Shown in pieces: positions 16,695 to 21,887 of a DNA stretch of 21,887 nucleotides (position 1 is the stretch's first letter; each line of letters starts with the position of its first letter). Under the pieces are notes generated by a model. The model searched no databases. It saw nothing but the letters and a program-made list of their open reading frames with translations, and was not told where the DNA came from. The translations under genes and the position numbers were made by a program. The stretch lies in the NCBI GenBank assembly GCA_046538485.1, contig JBKHIT010000069.1:1-21887 (forward strand), given 5' to 3'. This DNA comes from Candidatus Brocadiia bacterium (GTDB lineage: Bacteria > Planctomycetota > Brocadiia > SM23-32).

Positions 16695-17654
16695 TTACTC
16701 TTCCTCTTCCACTCTCCCTTTCCCCCTATTTTTTCCCTTCCCTTTTTCTTCTTCGTTTTCCTTTTCCTGTTCCAAAGTCTTCTCTTTTCCGCCTTTTGCT
16801 TTACCGCGTCCCGGTTTTTCTTCTTCTTTTTTGCCCCGATCTTTATCAGGGCCCCGTCCCCTGTCACTTTTTCCCTCATCCTTTTCCCCCTTGCTTTTAT
16901 CCCCGGGCCTGCCTTCCTTTTTTCCTTTCGCCTCTTCTCTCTTTTCCTCGGCTCTTTTCTGTGCTTCTTCCCTCCTCTTTTTCTCCCGTTCTCGCCTCTC
17001 TTCCAGCTCTTTCTTTCTCAGTTCTCGTTCCCGTCGTCTTTTCTCCGCGGCCCGTCTCGCCTCCTCTTTTCGCTCCTGCGCCTCCCAGCGCTTTACAAGC
17101 GGCACAGGTAAAGTCCTTCGAGGCCTGCGAGAAAGAACCATTTTTTTGTGCAAATTGCACTTGGGCAACCCATTTTCCCTGCCGGTCCTCCAAACATAAA
17201 ATTTGTCCTGCTGCACATAGACAAAATGGAATTCAGTAACGTCGACGAAATTTACATAATCAGGCCACCCATGTTTTTTGACAAACACTCGCAAGGTCGG
17301 GAAAAACTGCATCTGAACTCTGAGCTGATAATATCCCGATGGTTCCCTCATATCCCCCTTTTCCACCTGCAACCATTTCCCTATGTATTGGCCCGGCGGG
17401 GCCCAGGCTTTTTTCCCGCTACTTCCCTTTCGCGCGGGCTCCAGAGGAATTCTGATCGGTTCCAGAACCTGCCGCGTTAATCCCGGAACTGGTGCGCCGC
17501 CAGAAAATGGGCCATAAAACACCTTTTCTCTTTCAACGATCAGGTTTCCTCGTCCATCCGGGGTTATCTCAGTTATATACGGTCCCGATACCGACGTACA
17601 ACCCGCTGAAAAGAGAACGCTCAGCAAACTTACAACTATCAGTATCCACCTCAT
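16695..17654 (-). CDS. lipoprotein with ~130-aa highly charged low-complexity (E/K/R/G) C-terminal tail
   Basis: Signal peptide and lipobox MRWILIVVSLLSVLFSAG-C; AAGGAAG RBS; extreme purine bias on the coding strand over 16695-17080. Confidence 0.8.
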   Translation of the reverse strand: MRWILIVVSLLSVLFSAGCTSVSGPYITEITPDGRGNLIVEREKVFYGPFSGGAPVPGLTRQVLEPIRIPLEPARKGSSGKKAWAPPGQYIGKWLQVEKGDMREPSGYYQLRVQMQFFPTLRVFVKKHGWPDYVNFVDVTEFHFVYVQQDKFYVWRTGRENGLPKCNLHKKMVLSRRPRRTLPVPLVKRWEAQERKEEARRAAEKRRRERELRKKELEERREREKKRREEAQKRAEEKREEAKGKKEGRPGDKSKGEKDEGKSDRGRGPDKDRGKKEEEKPGRGKAKGGKEKTLEQEKENEEEKGKGKNRGKGRVEEEE

Positions 17655-18096
17655 AGTCTTCCTTTCGTTGTATCTGGAGCAACAAGGCTTTTAAAACTGG
17701 ATTGACTCTCATAAATATTATGACATGCTCATCCCGTTTCTACAATCGTTTTTCCGGCGGCTTTCAGATTTTTCAAATCACATTTAAACTAAATATTTCA
17801 GATATTCGAAGACATTCTCACGTTTGCAACTGTGGTTTATCGCCCACCTTTGTGGGTGGGAGGGGAGAGAGTATAGTCGAGTCAAACATTTTTGCAAAGC
17901 AGGTTGCTTGAAATGCGCCCCGATTCGTATCGGGTCGGGAGTCCGCTGCCGGGATACGCTCTACTCTCGCCCGCGTGGGAAGTTTTTGCCAGTTTTCATA
18001 GCAATCGGCTTCAGCGCGATTGACAGACAGGATGGGCGTTCGGCCCGGCGGCAGAGTTACATCTTTATGAGATTCTATGAAAAGCGACAAGAAAAA

Positions 18097-18918
18097 TCAC
18101 TCCTCGGTGGAAGAAGCCGATTGCTGCATGGCCCACTGAAGTTTATTAATCTCACCGGAGGGCACAGCCCGGACTGTACCGTCCCTGAACAAGACCATAA
18201 TCCCCTCCGGGTGCCGCGCCTTCTTCACAGTGTTCTCAGCTCCACCCGCGCCGTTCCATCCGAGGTCCGACTCATAGATAAGCACGGTCTGCGACGGGAT
18301 ATCGGCGGTTTTTATCCCGTCGATTCTGGCGTTAAAAGCATATCCGCATCGCTTTTCGGGGGCTGAGGGACAACAAAAGATAGGCATTTTGCTTCTATTC
18401 TGATCGGCATCCATGTGTTTTAAAAGCGAATCAACCCATGTATCAGCGGGAGGATAGTTGTCTTCCCAATCCATTGAATACATCGTCATGCCGATATAAA
18501 GCTGCCGCAAATGACCTTCGCATACCAGCTGCTCGGCCCGGGCGTTCATCGCCGATATGAAGAGGCTCACGACACAAAAGAGAACAAGAGACGTCCCGGC
18601 CCCAATCACTGAAACCACGGTCCCGCCTATTGCCAAACCCTGACCATCTTCAACTTTCCCCCAGCGCAATTTGCGCAAACCGACCAGTCCCAGAACGACA
18701 CCGAGGCTCGATGCAAGGAAGCCAACGCCTGTCAGTGCTACGGCAAATGTACTCTGAAAAGCGATACCAAGCGCTGCCCCCAGGACGGCCAGAACAAGCC
18801 CAAAAACCCCCAGGAAAACCGAATATTGGGGAAGCTCGGTATTCCCGGAGCGAACGTTTTCATTGCCCTTCCCACTATCGGGGGAGGATTTCAAGGGTAT
18901 GCCTTCTGGCTTTCCCAT
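18097..18918 (-). CDS. DUF4190-like membrane domain + prepilin-processing-associated H-X9-DG domain protein, 273 aa
   Basis: LGLVGLRKL...GQGLAIGG TM hairpin; C..HLRQL..G..MY..D..D.YPP; F.CPS; H-PEGIMVLFR-DG. GAGGA before ATG18918. Confidence 0.82.
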   Translation of the reverse strand: MGKPEGIPLKSSPDSGKGNENVRSGNTELPQYSVFLGVFGLVLAVLGAALGIAFQSTFAVALTGVGFLASSLGVVLGLVGLRKLRWGKVEDGQGLAIGGTVVSVIGAGTSLVLFCVVSLFISAMNARAEQLVCEGHLRQLYIGMTMYSMDWEDNYPPADTWVDSLLKHMDADQNRSKMPIFCCPSAPEKRCGYAFNARIDGIKTADIPSQTVLIYESDLGWNGAGGAENTVKKARHPEGIMVLFRDGTVRAVPSGEINKLQWAMQQSASSTEE

Positions 18919-18986
18919 CGTATCGGTTCCTCTACCATACGATCCACCACACCATCTCGAGTGCGTCCTTTTTTCTGCACTTCTGT

Positions 18987-19014
18987 AGTTTATAGCACAA
19001 ATATCCGGTGTCAA
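18987..19014 (-). promoter_or_regulatory. sigma70-type promoter for the H-X9-DG gene
   Basis: Minus strand TTGACA(19014-19009)-N16-TAAACT(18992-18987). Confidence 0.5.
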
Positions 19015-19076
19015 ACGGTGCGCGCAACAATTGCTAATAATAATGCCAAACTCTTCTTCCTCCCTGCCATTGTCAT

Positions 19077-21836
19077 TTACTGGCGCGAACGTTTTTTTGC
19101 TTCTTCGAAAACGCTTTGGCCGGAGTCTTTTTCCTGATCGCTTTCTTCAACCTGTTTATCTTTCTTCTCTTCCCCGGTTGCTTTCTCTGGGGGCTCATGT
19201 TCCCGTTTTTTGCGGGCACGACGGCGGGCCATGCGTCGTTTTGCCATTTGCCACCATCCGCCGACCTTCAAACGCAACCGTCCGGGCACACGCCAGATTC
19301 TCTCTGGAATTAAATGGCGCCAAAGAGCTTTCCTCGTCGTTATTTCACACAACATAACAACAAGCAGGACAATCGACAGAATCGGTACCAGACTCCGAAT
19401 TTTTCCAAAAGATTTACGACCAGCTATTTTGCCAGAAAAAAGGTCGTCGACGTGCATAATTCGGCCACCATCGGTCTCTTCCGCAAGATTCTTCAGTGTC
19501 TTTGCGCCGGTTTTTGCACGAACTCTCTCGAATTCAGGCGAGTACGGCAAGACAACAGGGGGCAAACTCACTCGCTGTCCACCTCCAGTCCGAATAATCC
19601 CGTGGTAAACCCCCGTACTGGTCAATTTGAACCGAACTTCCCTTTTGCGCGGAGACACCCACTGGAGCGGAAGTTCAGCCGGTCTACTTTCGTCCGGGCC
19701 AATTATCATTGCCGTTGCGCCGGGGCATTTACGGGCGACATCGGAATCCATTTCAAGAGTGACCGTCGCCGTACGTCCTTCTCGCAAGATGCTTCCAAAA
19801 AAACGAATATCCTGGCGCTCACGCTTAAGCCACTTAGCAACAGAGGAAAGAAAGGGTTTGTAATCTTTCCACAGAGCCAGTTCTCCGCTGTAAGGGCCAT
19901 CGGCCTCCGCCGTAAAAGCCGCTACACGTCCCAATCCCCGCCGCCATATAGCCAGCACAGGGGCATTATTCTCATCAATGGTCCGTACGACAGTGGCAGC
20001 TTCCTGCTTGTCGTAACAAAGATTGTAACCATTGATAGACGGAAAATCTTTGATACCTGTCTGTCCAAACATGACCCGCGATGGTGTCATTCTTGCATCG
20101 GTTTTCTGTTCAATAAACGTCCGCCGCGCCACTCGCATAGCATCCTGGCAGAAGACTCGTGGCAGCGAATGGGAATCGGTGGTAAAAAAAACACGGCCGC
20201 CTCCAATTTTGGCGAGATCAGTAAGAAACCCCGAGTCGCGATCTCCCTTAGTGCCAAGCCCGATGACTGACAGGGTATTCCCCCCCTGCTGCCACTTTTT
20301 TATCAGCGGCCGGCATCCCTGTGGCTCCTCGCTGTCCGCCGCATCGGCAAAAAGCACGATATGCCGGTTGGGCGCCTTACTTTTCGTGAGTTCTCTCACG
20401 GCCGCCGCGAGCCCGGTATGGACAAAAATCCCGCCGCCCATCGATTCGATACTCAGGATCTTCCGCTCGATCCTCTCCCGATTGCCCTTCATCAATGTCA
20501 GTCCCACGACCTTATGGGCCTGGCTGTCAACGGCGTGGACAGAGACCTGATCCTGCGGGGCGAGCAGCCGGACGGCCTCCGCAGCTCCACGGTTGGCAAG
20601 ATCCATTTTTTGCAGCCCTCCTTTGACGGACATACCCATGGAACCGGACCGATCCAGAACAATGCCCATTGCCAGAGGTGGGCGGCGGTAATGTTCTTTT
20701 TTCTCCATGGATACAGGAAGAATTTTTTCGAGACGACTTCTGTAATAACCGCCGGCCGCAAAACTGTTTTCACCGCCTGTAATCAGCAACCCTCCGCCCA
20801 TTTCCCTTACGTAATTGCGCAACGCCGCATCCGCTTTGTCGTTGAAAGCACTCAACGAAACGTTTTCCAGCACCACAATCGAAAACGGCTTAAGGCCAGC
20901 CGAAGTTATCGCAGTCCCTTCGCCGCATATCCGAAGCCCCATTCCAGCTGTTTGGAGGGCCCGCGATAAATTGTCAGGCGCACCGCTGGTATTCACCAGA
21001 AGAATAGCCGGGGGGCCGACGGCTTCGGTCACAGCAAGAGCGTGGTTATTCTCGGGAATCGTGTCGCCAGAGACGCTCAAATCGATTGCGTATTGAGCGA
21101 GACCGGCGTGCGGAACAACATCGCGGTAAGAAAAGTTATTCTTGCCTTCCGAGAGTTCTACGTCATTATTTATTTCCCCTTGTGGCGTCGTAATTCTAAG
21201 TTTGGCCGTGGATGCACTGGGTGAAAAAACCGAGAATTCAATTTCGAACGGATGTCCCACCATAATCCTTTCTGGCAACCTGACGGCGGTAACGGCTGCA
21301 TCCATTTCTCTTTCCTTTGTAATCGGCCAGTAATCGACCACAACCCCCTGCTTATGAAGATCGCCCACAAGTTCCGAGGGTTCGGGACCCGTAAATAACC
21401 CGTCGGATATGACGAAAACACGTCCTCCTCTATCGCCGCAGAGAGCCGAGGCAAGCCGCAGACCAGCATGCAGATCGCTTGAATCGTCCAACGAGGAAGC
21501 CGCCAGTTCTACGGCCGATACTACATTCGCCCCATCACCGAACGAAACGACGGATATGGTATCGTTGTCACGCTTTCTGGCCCGACAGGCCTTCACCATC
21601 TCACGTCCCGTCTGGAGAGCTTCGTCCCCTGCAGAAAGCGAACGATCCACAAGGAATATCAGTCGCCGTCCCTCCGCACCAGATTTCAGGCCCGGTCCGG
21701 CCAGAAGCAAAACGCATAAAACGATCATTGCAATGCGCAGAGGCCAGGCACTGCGCGGGCCTCGACCTAACCGCCACCACAGGTACGCCAAGGGAGCGAC
21801 CAGCAGCAACGCCAGAGGTTTCTCAATCACAAACAT
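19077..21836 (-). CDS. large membrane protein with two VWA domains and a GATase1-like region (type found in MoxR/DUF58/BatA operons), 919 aa
   Basis: N-terminal TM pair; LVDRSLS...ISDG; Ig-like segment ending PENN; YVREMGGGLLITGGENSFAAGGY; VLDRSGSM; GLGRVAAFT; C-terminal TM and charged tail. ATG21836 overlaps an upstream stop (TGATG). Confidence 0.88.
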   Translation of the reverse strand: MFVIEKPLALLLVAPLAYLWWRLGRGPRSAWPLRIAMIVLCVLLLAGPGLKSGAEGRRLIFLVDRSLSAGDEALQTGREMVKACRARKRDNDTISVVSFGDGANVVSAVELAASSLDDSSDLHAGLRLASALCGDRGGRVFVISDGLFTGPEPSELVGDLHKQGVVVDYWPITKEREMDAAVTAVRLPERIMVGHPFEIEFSVFSPSASTAKLRITTPQGEINNDVELSEGKNNFSYRDVVPHAGLAQYAIDLSVSGDTIPENNHALAVTEAVGPPAILLVNTSGAPDNLSRALQTAGMGLRICGEGTAITSAGLKPFSIVVLENVSLSAFNDKADAALRNYVREMGGGLLITGGENSFAAGGYYRSRLEKILPVSMEKKEHYRRPPLAMGIVLDRSGSMGMSVKGGLQKMDLANRGAAEAVRLLAPQDQVSVHAVDSQAHKVVGLTLMKGNRERIERKILSIESMGGGIFVHTGLAAAVRELTKSKAPNRHIVLFADAADSEEPQGCRPLIKKWQQGGNTLSVIGLGTKGDRDSGFLTDLAKIGGGRVFFTTDSHSLPRVFCQDAMRVARRTFIEQKTDARMTPSRVMFGQTGIKDFPSINGYNLCYDKQEAATVVRTIDENNAPVLAIWRRGLGRVAAFTAEADGPYSGELALWKDYKPFLSSVAKWLKRERQDIRFFGSILREGRTATVTLEMDSDVARKCPGATAMIIGPDESRPAELPLQWVSPRKREVRFKLTSTGVYHGIIRTGGGQRVSLPPVVLPYSPEFERVRAKTGAKTLKNLAEETDGGRIMHVDDLFSGKIAGRKSFGKIRSLVPILSIVLLVVMLCEITTRKALWRHLIPERIWRVPGRLRLKVGGWWQMAKRRMARRRARKKREHEPPEKATGEEKKDKQVEESDQEKDSGQSVFEEAKKRSRQ

Positions 21837-21887
21837 CACGCTCGTTTCTCCAGCAAAAACCAACAACTAATCAGCAAAACGATAATC
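21836..21887 (-). CDS. 3' end of upstream membrane protein (…IIVLLISCWFLLEKRA*), translationally coupled to the VWA gene
   Basis: Open hydrophobic frame from the window edge ending in TGA 21838-21836, overlapping the next ATG. Confidence 0.6.
   Translation of the reverse strand, partial: IIVLLISCWFLLEKRA

Noticed and set aside
16490..17239. plus-strand Phe/Leu/Ser/Pro-rich ORFs (249, 164, 181 aa) that look like membrane proteins
   Set aside because: Antisense shadows of the purine-rich E/K/R tail of the minus-strand lipoprotein.
17815..17865. c-di-GMP-I riboswitch upstream of the lipoprotein (minus strand GGTGGGCGATAAACCACAG)
   Set aside because: Lacks the GGCAAA/GNRA P2 arm and the P3 receptor; resemblance is only superficial.
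17933..17975. displaced tRNA-fMet fragment (second att site) and an 11-nt match GGATACGCTCT to the IS256 leader
   Set aside because: Matches are too short and degenerate; no real duplicate of the tRNA 3' end was found in the window.
18000..18125. 13-bp inverted repeat AGCAATCGGCTTC / GAAGCCGATTGCT
   Set aside because: One arm lies inside the coding 3' end of the H-X9-DG gene, with no TSD or internal features; treated as probable chance.
19314..20969. long plus-strand ORFs (318, 172, 202 aa)
   Set aside because: Antisense to the well-supported VWA gene; no recognisable motifs.

Overview
Bacterial chromosomal window of roughly 50% GC (estimated by eye). The gene content (H-X9-DG/DUF4190 protein, multi-VWA membrane proteins, ribH-nusB-ftsY cluster) suggests a planctomycete-like or PVC-type organism; this is inference. 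From left to right: a 78-aa membrane peptide and a 644-aa VWA protein sharing a TonB/TolA-type S-x3-H-x6-L-x3-T anchor; acylphosphatase; polysaccharide deacetylase; a hypothetical protein; a TIM-barrel sugar isomerase; and a minus-strand run of FGGY kinase, pyrC, YacP-like NYN nuclease and a membrane protein. A divergent cluster follows: ribH, nusB fused in frame to a complete PHP (YciV/TrpH-like) phosphoesterase, ftsY, argD, argF. Next is an initiator tRNA-fMet whose 3' side carries a decayed island: a probable serine-recombinase C-terminal tail, a truncated IS256-family element and an Rhs C-terminal/immunity-like remnant. The window ends with a lipoprotein with a long charged tail, a DUF4190/H-X9-DG protein and the end of a VWA/BatA-type operon. 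The most notable items are the NusB-PHP fusion, the TonB-anchor VWA protein with its anchor-only mini-paralog, and the layered island relic at tRNA-fMet. All family calls come from motif recognition by eye; no searches were run.
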